64,000 bases of DNA. Origin: Armatimonadota bacterium (GTDB taxonomy: Bacteria; Armatimonadota; UBA5829; DTLH01). Below the pieces are notes generated by a model. It was not told the origin of the DNA. It saw only the letters and a program-made list of their open reading frames with translations, and made no database searches. Shown in pieces: positions 55,763-64,000 of the stretch. Where the stretch lies: positions 186,536 through 250,535 of the forward strand of contig JBBRAE010000001.1 in NCBI GenBank assembly GCA_038207085.1, read 5' to 3'. A program made the position numbers and the translations under genes. Numbering within the stretch: position 1 is the first letter of the stretch; each line of letters starts with the position of its first letter.

Positions 55763-57660
55763 TTTGCCACCCCCACAATACTTCGCACGTTTCTAGTCTT
55801 TGTCTTGATCACGTTGCCGCGCTGGCGGAAGAACAAATGGACCAGAACGATCGCAAACAAAATGCCAACTATCGCGCCGATGATGCCCCGAGCAATCGAG
55901 ATCGCGACCGGCGTGTGAATATGGCACATCGTGTTAAGAAGCGAAATCTCACCGAACGCCCCAATGACAAGTAGCACCGACGCAAGGTTTCGTCTCCCGC
56001 CAAGCGCCGCCATAATGCCGAAAATAAGCGCGGGGTGACCGACAAGAAACTCCTTGGTGCGCGGACGAACAAAGAGGATCGCGTCAAGGAACGATCTGAA
56101 CTTCAGCTCAATCGACGATACCCCTACCCCTGGTTCGTTTCCTGAACGAAGAACCAAAACCGCCACCATAACAAGCAGCACAAACCCAAGCCCCGTCTGC
56201 CACATAAGCAGTGGCTGAGAGCCGATTGCCCGCGCCCGCTCGATGACTCGAGCTTTCTGAGCGTCCCAACTGTCAGGCCGCCATCCGATTCCAGCCGCGT
56301 AAGCAAATGCAAGGAACATCAGTGGTAAAACAGTCGCAAGCTTTACACCACCAAATTGGTCTATGTGGAGCATAAAGCTGAGTCTTGCAAGTAGCCCAGC
56401 AATGAACAACCCGCCGGTCATCGATATGGCGACGGCACCTGCAAAACGCACAACGGACGGCCACAGATAGACACCAAGTCGGCGCGCGGAAGACTCGTCC
56501 GGCGTCCATGCTCCGGCGTAAAGCACCGCAAGAGTCGGAAAAACGATCGCGCTTGCCAATGCGACCGCCTTCAGACCAATGGCGATACCCGGAGCCGCCA
56601 TAGCAGCAAACATAAGAACAGCAACAATCGTCCCAATACGAACAAGCCTCGCGGGAAGACTGACAACCGAAAGAATAAGCAACATAAGTCCGGCTGCGAC
56701 GCCCGCAGCCATCACGATTCGGGCGAACACGCCAACTCCAGGGTCCTTAAATGGATGCGCCTGATGAATGGAGAGCCCTTCTTTTTTGAGCCCGGCAGAT
56801 ATCTTGCTGACGTACTCGGAGTTGGCCGCCAATGGGTCGGGGCTGCTCATATCAAACATCCGTACGTAGATCAGGCGAATATTTCGCTCTCTCGCCGCTT
56901 TCACGAACCGTTCGATCGCGGTCGGCATATCGAGCGTCCCCATCTCAGCTGAAGTGATGCTGTGAACCCGAATCACGTTTGGCAGCATCTTGAGCGACAT
57001 TTTGGCATCGCCCTTCTGCTTGGAAAACTCAACTGAGCCAAACGCAATGGAGTTCTGAGTGAAGGATTTGGCTACAGGATCAATCGCGCCGCGGAAGCCG
57101 AGCACCTGATCCGATGCGAAGATAACCGTCTTAACACCAAGCTGCTGGAGTTTCTGGGCGGTAAGCTCCACGTCAGGCTCTTGCACACCGGGGTAGTTGA
57201 CGAGCCTTGCGACTATGGGCATATTGAGCTTCTTCGCCGCGTCGAACGCTGCGGCAGGCAGCCCGTAAGGCAGTGAAAGCGCGTAGTCCGGGGTTCCAGA
57301 CACGGGTGCGTAAATCGGGCGACTAAGAGGAACGATACTGCCGGGGATAGTCTCTTTGAACACCGTAGTCGGCCCCGGCTTCACGGAAACAGTGGCGAGG
57401 CCCAAGTTTACAAGGACTGCGCCGGTCATCTCCTGCACGGCAACAGTCGTAGCGCCGGATTCCTTGAGCCTGGACAGAACCTCGCGAACGGACTTATGAG
57501 TCGCCCCGGCAAGGTCGGTCACTTCGGAGTAGTCGACTGCGACCTCGACGGATCTGTTCGCCGTCTCAGCGTCGTACCTGGGAGCAAGCGCGCCGATTGC
57601 GGCGACAATTACCCCGATCACAAGAATCGCTGTCAAAAACCTGTATTGTCTAAAAACCAT
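55759..57660 (-). CDS. DUF5693-family membrane protein (csaB-associated)
   Basis: AARERNIRLIY, FGGVK, RSGN, VRPRTKEFLVGHP and NTMCHIHTP motifs; multi-TM C-terminal half. Confidence 0.85.
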   Translation of the reverse strand: MVFRQYRFLTAILVIGVIVAAIGALAPRYDAETANRSVEVAVDYSEVTDLAGATHKSVREVLSRLKESGATTVAVQEMTGAVLVNLGLATVSVKPGPTTVFKETIPGSIVPLSRPIYAPVSGTPDYALSLPYGLPAAAFDAAKKLNMPIVARLVNYPGVQEPDVELTAQKLQQLGVKTVIFASDQVLGFRGAIDPVAKSFTQNSIAFGSVEFSKQKGDAKMSLKMLPNVIRVHSITSAEMGTLDMPTAIERFVKAARERNIRLIYVRMFDMSSPDPLAANSEYVSKISAGLKKEGLSIHQAHPFKDPGVGVFARIVMAAGVAAGLMLLILSVVSLPARLVRIGTIVAVLMFAAMAAPGIAIGLKAVALASAIVFPTLAVLYAGAWTPDESSARRLGVYLWPSVVRFAGAVAISMTGGLFIAGLLARLSFMLHIDQFGGVKLATVLPLMFLAFAYAAGIGWRPDSWDAQKARVIERARAIGSQPLLMWQTGLGFVLLVMVAVLVLRSGNEPGVGVSSIELKFRSFLDAILFVRPRTKEFLVGHPALIFGIMAALGGRRNLASVLLVIGAFGEISLLNTMCHIHTPVAISIARGIIGAIVGILFAIVLVHLFFRQRGNVIKTKTRNVRSIVGVAK

Positions 57661-57695
57661 CAGTCCTCGTACCAGCTGTTATAGAATAAGCGCTA

Positions 57696-58442
57696 TTAGC
57701 GCCTGTCGCGAACAATTTTGCGACCACCGAGCAGCAATATGCCGAGCGCTCCGGCGGCGAACCCGCCGATATGCGCCCAGTAAGCGACGCCACCAGTGCC
57801 TTGCCCCGGACCTGCTGACATTGTCGTGCTGAACACTTGGATAAAGATCCAGTAACCCAGTAACACTACGGCAGGAATGGACACTGTCGTCACAAAGAAA
57901 CCGAGAAAGATGAGCGTAAGCACTCTCGCTTTTGGAAATAGCACCATGTATGCCCCAAGCACAGCCGCAATCGCCCCGCTTGCCCCAACCACTGGCACCT
58001 GCGAGCTTGGATCACTTAACACGTGCGCCGCTGCAGCCGCAAGCCCACCGATCAGATAAAACGAGAGAAACTTCCAGTGACCGAGAACATCCTCAACATT
58101 GTTTCCAAATATCCAAAGGTAGAGCATATTTCCGCCGATGTGCAATAGGTTGGCATGCAGAAACATCGACGTAAATATGGTAATCCACACCGGACTTGGG
58201 CTGGGGTGCGGGATAGATATAAACCCCTGCCCACGCGACAACAGTTGAGCCGGCAGGTTCGGATCGCCTACCGATATCTGTTTGGGAATCATAGTGAAAT
58301 CCCAAAGTGCCCCGACAGGGATACCGTGGTAGTTTCCACCGCCGGTAATGTCCACCAGATAAGCGACAATATTGAGCACAACAAGCGCGTACATAACATA
58401 CGGCGTAATGCGCGAAGGGTTATCATCTCTAAGCGGGATCAT
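57696..58442 (-). CDS. Rhomboid-family intramembrane serine protease
   Basis: MIPLRDDNP, TSMFLHANLLHIGGNM, GASGAI and AYWAHIGGF motifs. Confidence 0.95.
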   Translation of the reverse strand: MIPLRDDNPSRITPYVMYALVVLNIVAYLVDITGGGNYHGIPVGALWDFTMIPKQISVGDPNLPAQLLSRGQGFISIPHPSPSPVWITIFTSMFLHANLLHIGGNMLYLWIFGNNVEDVLGHWKFLSFYLIGGLAAAAAHVLSDPSSQVPVVGASGAIAAVLGAYMVLFPKARVLTLIFLGFFVTTVSIPAVVLLGYWIFIQVFSTTMSAGPGQGTGGVAYWAHIGGFAAGALGILLLGGRKIVRDRR

Positions 58443-58767
58443 AACTCCGCCTCCCTGCGTCCCATAGCACTAATACCGGATAGCCTAGCGCATAGCGCCG
58501 CCGATCCTGAATCCGTCGGCCTTCGCCACTCTCGCGTCGAAGCATCTGCACGCAAAACAATGACCACAGCAGTAAATAAGAACCAGATGAAGCGTGCAGT
58601 AGATTCTAACACAAAGCGTTCATGGTGTAAACGTAGCGGGCTGACGACCGTATGCAAACGTATACAATGGCGGGTGCAGCGCTTATGCCAACGATGTGCA
58701 TTGACGAGCGCCTGCTTTATTAGGTACAATCATATTGATGAATTAGATGGCGAATGCCGCCTTTCGA

Positions 58768-58813
58768 CGGCGCTATCCGCGCCGTCTCTTATTGGCTGGC
58801 GCGGATAGCGCCG
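58768..58813. repeat. Perfect 16-bp inverted repeat in a divergent intergenic region
   Basis: CGGCGCTATCCGCGCC-N14-GGCGCGGATAGCGCCG. Confidence 0.75.
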
Positions 58814-58841
58814 CCGGGAAAGTGAGAAAACACGAGTCGCA

Positions 58842-61559
58842 ATGTATGACTGTCGAGAAAATGAGCACCAGGAGTTATTTCACCTCGGTGTAAACCCAAA
58901 TAGTCCAGTTTCCATTCACATTCCCAGCCCGATTGGCACACTAGGGTACTACGTGTTCGTTTGTGTTCCCGCTGATGCCATTACGCGACTCACTGGGCTC
59001 AAGATGAAAATCGACATCGGCGGTACGCGCGAAGATCATCTTATGATCGATGTCTACCCGGAGCTTGTGGTCACCCAATCGAAAGATCCGGGACATGTCT
59101 GGGTGCAATTGGCAAGGCCTAATGTCTCGCGCGGAGATGGAACGATCGATTTTCAGGGCTGGCCTACAGACGTGACAAACGCCGACGTGCTGCTTTGCAC
59201 TTGGCCGAGGTTCGTCGAAAGCGGGATGGCAGACGACTGGATCGCTGCTCAGGCTGACCCGCTGTGGGCCGCGTCAGGAGTCCCGATGGGTGGCATCGGC
59301 TGCGGTCGAGTTGATATTTGCCGCGACGGCCGTTTCCGAAACTTCAGCATGAACAATAACCAGGACGCCCCGCTCGAAGACCCAAACGGCGTCGCTGGCG
59401 CATATCTCGCGGTTGCTATGGGCGACTCAGTGAAAGACATTGCCTCCCGCCCGATAGTTTCGGGACATGGCGAGGTTGACACACTTCGTTACGAAAGCAG
59501 ATTCCCGCAGGCGACTCTCTCGGCGACAGCTGTTTTTCCCGGGGTCGACGTGAGCGTTACTGTGTCGGGGCCGTTTGCTCCGCACAACATCAAGAGGTCC
59601 TCACTTCCGGGTTTGGTAATTAGATTTTCAATAAAGAACCGCGGCGACTCAGATGCGACGGTTCGCTGCCTGATGGGCTGGCCGAACCTGGTGGGCCTCG
59701 GCGGAGGAATCGCTTCAGTTGAGAGCGGAATCGGCTACGGTGACGGGTTCTACCGCTATTGGTCCGACCCCACCGGGCGCAAGGAAGAGCGCATCGAGCT
59801 TGACGGAGCCATCGCAGCTAAGCTTTCCGGCGCTCCCGGGGAAGACTACATCGCCTCCGCTGGGACTCACATACTTGCAGTTTCGACTTCGGGGTGCAAG
59901 GCAGGCGTTACCTGCGCAAACGGAGGCTCAGAGGCTGAAGGCGCTGTGACAGTCCCCGCTGGTGGCGAAGCGACGGTCACAATGGCACTCGCTGTTGAAA
60001 TGCCGAACTGGATCGACTCACTCGGAGTCAACTGCGGGCATATGTGGCAGAACTTCTACGCTGGCGCCGAAGAAATCGTCACGGAGATACTTGCAGAGGC
60101 CGATCAAATACTCTCCGAAGCCGGAGCGCTTGCAGAGCATCTGGACGACAGCACTCTGCCCGATTGGCTGCGCGCCAGACTCTCGAACTGCAACTATCCG
60201 CTGGTAACCAACAGCGTCCTCTATAAAGACGGTCGCTTCAGCATCAACGAAGGGCCGACCGAGATGGCGGGATGCTACGGGACGATAGACCAGCGCCTCG
60301 CCGCGCACCCATCCACCCAGATTTTCTTCCCTGAGCTGAACAAGACCGAACTCGGACTATTCAGCGCGATTCAGGGCCCGAACGGTGGAATATGCCATGA
60401 TCTTGGAAGTGGCCATCTAGAAAGACAACCCGGCGAGATTCCTTGGCCGGACCTGACGTGCTCCTATGTGATTCAGACAGCCAGACACACGTGGACCACG
60501 GGGGACACGGAACTCGAAAAGAGCGTGTGGCCGCGTGCCAAAGAGGCGATTATTCGTCATTCCAAATGGGCGCTTGAGGGCGGCGGTGTCGCACAGGTCG
60601 GAAACGGACTTGGCACGAGTTACGATGGATACCACTACGAAGGCACAACCGGATATATGGCGACACTCTGGATAGCCGCGCTTACCGTCGCAGAGAAGTG
60701 GGCACGCAAGAACGACGACCAGGAGTTTGTATCTGATATCGCCACATGGAAAGAGGCCGCTGTGGCGAAGCTTGACAAGGATCTTTGGAACGGTAGCCAT
60801 TACATCGCCTACGGAAACGGAAATGGCGTTCGGCGAGAGACCTGTCACGCAGGTCAGATCGCGGGACAGGCGTTTGCGCGCATGCTTTGCGGACAGAACG
60901 TCCTGGACGACTCCCGGCTGAAGCAGTGTGTGGACTCGATCATGGCGCTGAACGGCAACGAACGCTTCGCAGTGCCGCCGGACGAAGCCGCAAGCGACGG
61001 GACGGCAGCCACAGAGTTTGGATGGCTCCCATATATAGAAGGGTTTATGCTCTCAGCCATCGCATCGCTCGGGGATCAGCGACTGTGGCCCGTTTGGGAA
61101 CGCATGATGAAGGCGGTCGACCAGAACGGTGCAAGCCCGTGCGACACCAGGCTTATGTATCGCCCCGAAAGCGGCGCACCGAGCTGGGGCTGGTGCTACA
61201 TGACCGCTCCTGCGAGTTGGCTGGTCTACGATTCGGCGTTCGACTTCTTCTTCACTGCAACTGATGGTGTGCTTCGGATGCGTTCTACGATGCCCGGGCG
61301 CTTCCCGCTCGTTCATCCCCTGTTCTGGGGAACAGCCGATGTTGATGAGGACGGCGCAATCCGAATAAGCATCAAGAAGGTCTTCGCAGACTCGACGGTC
61401 AGAGTTCAGACTATCGAGGTCCCCACTTCTGTCTGCACTGTAACCGTCGGAGGTCAAACACTGGCCGCAGCCAACACCGAAGGCGATTACACCCACTACT
61501 CACTTCCCATACCCGTGGCGCTTGCGCCCGGCGCGGTTATCGAGTGGAAGGCAAGCTAG
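58842..61559 (+). CDS. GH116-family glycoside hydrolase with an N-terminal extension
   Basis: SGVPMGGIGCG, FPQATL, GRFSINEG, GTID, HDLG, TSYD and LWNGSHY motifs. Start uncertain. Confidence 0.85.
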   Translation: MYDCRENEHQELFHLGVNPNSPVSIHIPSPIGTLGYYVFVCVPADAITRLTGLKMKIDIGGTREDHLMIDVYPELVVTQSKDPGHVWVQLARPNVSRGDGTIDFQGWPTDVTNADVLLCTWPRFVESGMADDWIAAQADPLWAASGVPMGGIGCGRVDICRDGRFRNFSMNNNQDAPLEDPNGVAGAYLAVAMGDSVKDIASRPIVSGHGEVDTLRYESRFPQATLSATAVFPGVDVSVTVSGPFAPHNIKRSSLPGLVIRFSIKNRGDSDATVRCLMGWPNLVGLGGGIASVESGIGYGDGFYRYWSDPTGRKEERIELDGAIAAKLSGAPGEDYIASAGTHILAVSTSGCKAGVTCANGGSEAEGAVTVPAGGEATVTMALAVEMPNWIDSLGVNCGHMWQNFYAGAEEIVTEILAEADQILSEAGALAEHLDDSTLPDWLRARLSNCNYPLVTNSVLYKDGRFSINEGPTEMAGCYGTIDQRLAAHPSTQIFFPELNKTELGLFSAIQGPNGGICHDLGSGHLERQPGEIPWPDLTCSYVIQTARHTWTTGDTELEKSVWPRAKEAIIRHSKWALEGGGVAQVGNGLGTSYDGYHYEGTTGYMATLWIAALTVAEKWARKNDDQEFVSDIATWKEAAVAKLDKDLWNGSHYIAYGNGNGVRRETCHAGQIAGQAFARMLCGQNVLDDSRLKQCVDSIMALNGNERFAVPPDEAASDGTAATEFGWLPYIEGFMLSAIASLGDQRLWPVWERMMKAVDQNGASPCDTRLMYRPESGAPSWGWCYMTAPASWLVYDSAFDFFFTATDGVLRMRSTMPGRFPLVHPLFWGTADVDEDGAIRISIKKVFADSTVRVQTIEVPTSVCTVTVGGQTLAAANTEGDYTHYSLPIPVALAPGAVIEWKAS

Positions 61560-61593
61560 CAAACACGTCATAACTGCAATTTGTGACTATACC

Positions 61594-61624
61594 GGCCCTG
61601 GACAGCTTTTGTTCAGGGCCATTT
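61594..61624 (+). terminator. Intrinsic terminator
   Basis: GGCCCTGGACA/TGTTCAGGGCC stem followed by ATTT. Confidence 0.65.
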
Positions 61625-61751
61625 ATGTCTCTCGGGCACGTTCGGTGGCGCGTCTTCCGTAACTGTTAATGCAGAGGTTTATCATTGGGAGTAACTGTGG
61701 AACAAACTCTGCGTCTGATATAGTGTAACCAAACAACGAGAGGTACCTGAG

Positions 61752-63179
61752 ATAAAGACTCTGGCAATCATCATACTGATCGGCCTCGGCTGCGCGGCGT
61801 TCGCTGCTTCGCCGCGTTCTGAGTTCAGAGGAGCGTGGGTAACTGCGTGGAACTACGGGTTCCTAAGTCCCGCCGAAGCAGACGAAACCGTGCGACTCGC
61901 TAAAGAGGCGAACATCAACGCACTCTTTATCCAGGTGCGAAAGACCGGCGACGCCTATTACAAGTCCGCCTTTGAGGCTCGGGCGACCAATATTGCCGGT
62001 GACCCGGATTTTGACCCCCTTGCCTATATAATCCGTGCTGCGCACGCTCAGGGTATACAAGTCCACGCCTGGATGAACACATTCAGGATCTGGGGCAAGA
62101 CGACGCCTCCAGCCGACCCCAATCATATCGCAGTGCTCCATCCCGACTGGATAACGCGCACCGCCACAGGTGACACTGGCGCAGGCGAAGGACTGTTTCT
62201 CGACCCTGGAGTTGCCGAAGTGCGGGACTATACGTTTAATGTCTTTATGGACGTAGTGCGCAACTACGACATCGACGGCATTCACCTCGACTACGTTCGT
62301 TATCCCGGCGCAGAGTTTGGCTACGCTCCACCCGCCGTTCAGCATTTCAACCTTGAAAAAGGTCGCGAAGGCACGCCGGTAAATACAGACCCCGAGTGGA
62401 TGCAGTGGCGGCGCGATCAGGTGACGGCGCTTGTGTCCAAAATCTATAAAGATGCGACTGCGCTCAAACCCAACATCATGGTATCAGTCGCTGCAGTGCC
62501 TTGGGGGGATTGTCAGAACAATTTCTGCGATACTCTGCCATTTCGCAAGGTGTATCAGGACTGGCGCGGTTGGCTTGCGCAGGGGGTGATCGATGCCTGC
62601 ATCCCTATGAACTACCGCGACGAGAGTAATCCCAAGTCCGCCAAGCAATATAGAAACTGGCTTGATGGCTTCAACCAGTGGAAGTATGACCGCCAAATCT
62701 ATACAGGGTTGGACTTCAACAGAAGCCCTGAGATGGTTGTGCGTCAGATTGAAGCCGCAAGAAAGCGCGGAATCGCCGGAATGGTCGGCTTCTCGTTCAA
62801 CCAGACGCCGGAGCGGACCAAGCTTGTTCAGGTTCTCAAGCAAAAGATATACAGCGAGTCTGCCGATTTCCCTGAGATGACTTGGAAACTTGCCTGCATT
62901 CAAAGGCAGAGTCGCGACCTCTATCGGCGTGCAATCGACGCGGTCACTCTCGAAAACGATCTGGACAAGGGGTTGGACCTGCTAACTCAAGCGGTCGAGA
63001 TCGACCCCAAGTATATCGACGCGCACTTCAGGCTTGGCCGGATCTACTCAAAGAAGGAATTGTGGGCCGACGCGGTGAAGGAGTTCGATGAGGTCCTGCT
63101 GCTTAGTCCAAGTTATTTGGCTGCACGGACTGAACGAGACGCAGCCGCCAAACGCCTCGACACCGGCACTGCCAACTGA
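61752..63179 (+). CDS. GHL10 (DUF187) glycoside hydrolase-like protein with C-terminal TPRs
   Basis: Signal peptide and EFRGAWV lie upstream of the tracked start; FIQVR..GDA, DPL, VHAW, YDIDGIHLDYVRYP and PMNY motifs. Inferred ATA start at 61752 after GAGAGG. Confidence 0.88.
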   Translation: MKTLAIIILIGLGCAAFAASPRSEFRGAWVTAWNYGFLSPAEADETVRLAKEANINALFIQVRKTGDAYYKSAFEARATNIAGDPDFDPLAYIIRAAHAQGIQVHAWMNTFRIWGKTTPPADPNHIAVLHPDWITRTATGDTGAGEGLFLDPGVAEVRDYTFNVFMDVVRNYDIDGIHLDYVRYPGAEFGYAPPAVQHFNLEKGREGTPVNTDPEWMQWRRDQVTALVSKIYKDATALKPNIMVSVAAVPWGDCQNNFCDTLPFRKVYQDWRGWLAQGVIDACIPMNYRDESNPKSAKQYRNWLDGFNQWKYDRQIYTGLDFNRSPEMVVRQIEAARKRGIAGMVGFSFNQTPERTKLVQVLKQKIYSESADFPEMTWKLACIQRQSRDLYRRAIDAVTLENDLDKGLDLLTQAVEIDPKYIDAHFRLGRIYSKKELWADAVKEFDEVLLLSPSYLAARTERDAAAKRLDTGTAN

Positions 63180-63213
63180 GCCAGCAGCAAACGAATGGAA
63201 TCGGAGTGACACC

Positions 63214-64000
63214 GTGCTTAGAACACTGATCGCATGCATACTGCTATCCTCCTCCATCGCTTGTGCGAAAGCCGACACGCTGCGTATCGGCCTTATCTCG
63301 CAATTTCGAGGGATCGACTCCGTCTCCGTCAAGTCTTCCGCTGGTCTATGCGTAACCTATTCCGGCTCAAAGCTCGTTACGTGCATCGATCCCGGGCGCG
63401 AGCTCAAAATCAGCCGGACATCCGACACGCTTGAGTTTTCAGAGTCCGACGGCGGGACCAATCAGGCTGACTTACTACACATATCGTCGGACACCCCCGG
63501 TGCTGTTATCACCGTGTCCTCCGGCAAGACCAAAGACAGCTTCCGAGGCGCTATCGAGATCACTCCCTCAGCCAAAGGCCTTCTATTGGTCAACCAAGTC
63601 GATCTTGAGGAATATATGCTAGGTGTTGTGGCATGCGAGATGCCTTCTGAGTTCGATGTTGAGGCGCTGAAGGCGCAGGCAGTCGCAGCAAGAACCTACG
63701 CGTGGGCCAATAGAAACAAGCACCGCAAAGAAGGGTTCGACCTCTGCGATTCCACCCACTGCCAAATGTATAGCGGAGTAGACAGGGAGACCGAGCGCAC
63801 GACCAAAGCCGTTCGAGACACCAAGGATCTAGTCGCACTTCATCACGGCAAATTGATATGTGCACTCTACTCCGCGGACTGCGGCGGCATCACCGAATCG
63901 GGCGATAAGCCGTATCTCTGTTCTGTGTCTGACAAGCCCGACGACGACGGCCCGGACTACTGCGATCGCTCCGGCCACGCGTGGACGCTCACTTGGACAC
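63214..64000 (+). CDS. SpoIID/LytB-domain protein (runs off the right edge)
   Basis: GGAG SD plus GTG; signal peptide; FRGAIEI, VNQVDLEEYMLGVVACEMP, EALKAQAVAARTYA and DLCDSTHCQMYSG motifs. Confidence 0.92.
   Translation, partial: MLRTLIACILLSSSIACAKADTLRIGLISQFRGIDSVSVKSSAGLCVTYSGSKLVTCIDPGRELKISRTSDTLEFSESDGGTNQADLLHISSDTPGAVITVSSGKTKDSFRGAIEITPSAKGLLLVNQVDLEEYMLGVVACEMPSEFDVEALKAQAVAARTYAWANRNKHRKEGFDLCDSTHCQMYSGVDRETERTTKAVRDTKDLVALHHGKLICALYSADCGGITESGDKPYLCSVSDKPDDDGPDYCDRSGHAWTLTWT

Noticed and set aside
58439-58729. 96-aa ORF upstream of the rhomboid gene
   Set aside because: Atypical composition, no family features, and it lies in a probable promoter region.
63214-64000. SpoIID, GerE-like and YteA-like genes as evidence of sporulation
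   Set aside because: All three families are widespread in non-sporulating bacteria, and no core sporulation genes are in the window.

Overview
A 64-kb chromosomal window from a moderately GC-rich diderm bacterium. Armatimonadota is my inference, from LptA/LptC sitting beside csaB/DUF5693, YtxH and GsiB-like genes and from the C-terminal module of a large secreted protein. It is mostly housekeeping and envelope genes: tatC, tRNA-Leu(TAA), an ECF sigma/anti-sigma/RseB triad, GS type III, gnd, kbl-tdh, a FemABX protein, ileS-dksA-like-lspA-lgt, serA, lptC-lptA, csaB, a rhomboid protease and a SpoIID-like protein. It also carries several glycoside hydrolases, a ~1860-aa secreted multidomain protein and an orphan adenine methyltransferase. 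I see no CRISPR array, prophage or transposase. The most interesting signals: (1) an SDR-PfkA-HAD-LarA-gnd operon that reads as a mannonate->gluconate->6-phosphogluconate route, with a PPi-type PFK homolog where a gluconate kinase would be expected; (2) three genes whose best start codon is ATA or GTA, two of them in ATAG/GTAG start-stop overlaps; (3) a His-less, truncated PTS Enzyme I-like protein coupled to lptC-lptA; (4) a ~380-nt structured leader before an alternative sigma factor; (5) an ANTAR-like attenuator before glnA; (6) a covarying GTAG-REP element at two loci; (7) recognisable ECF and SigB-like promoter sets. All family assignments come from motif recognition by eye, not database searches.
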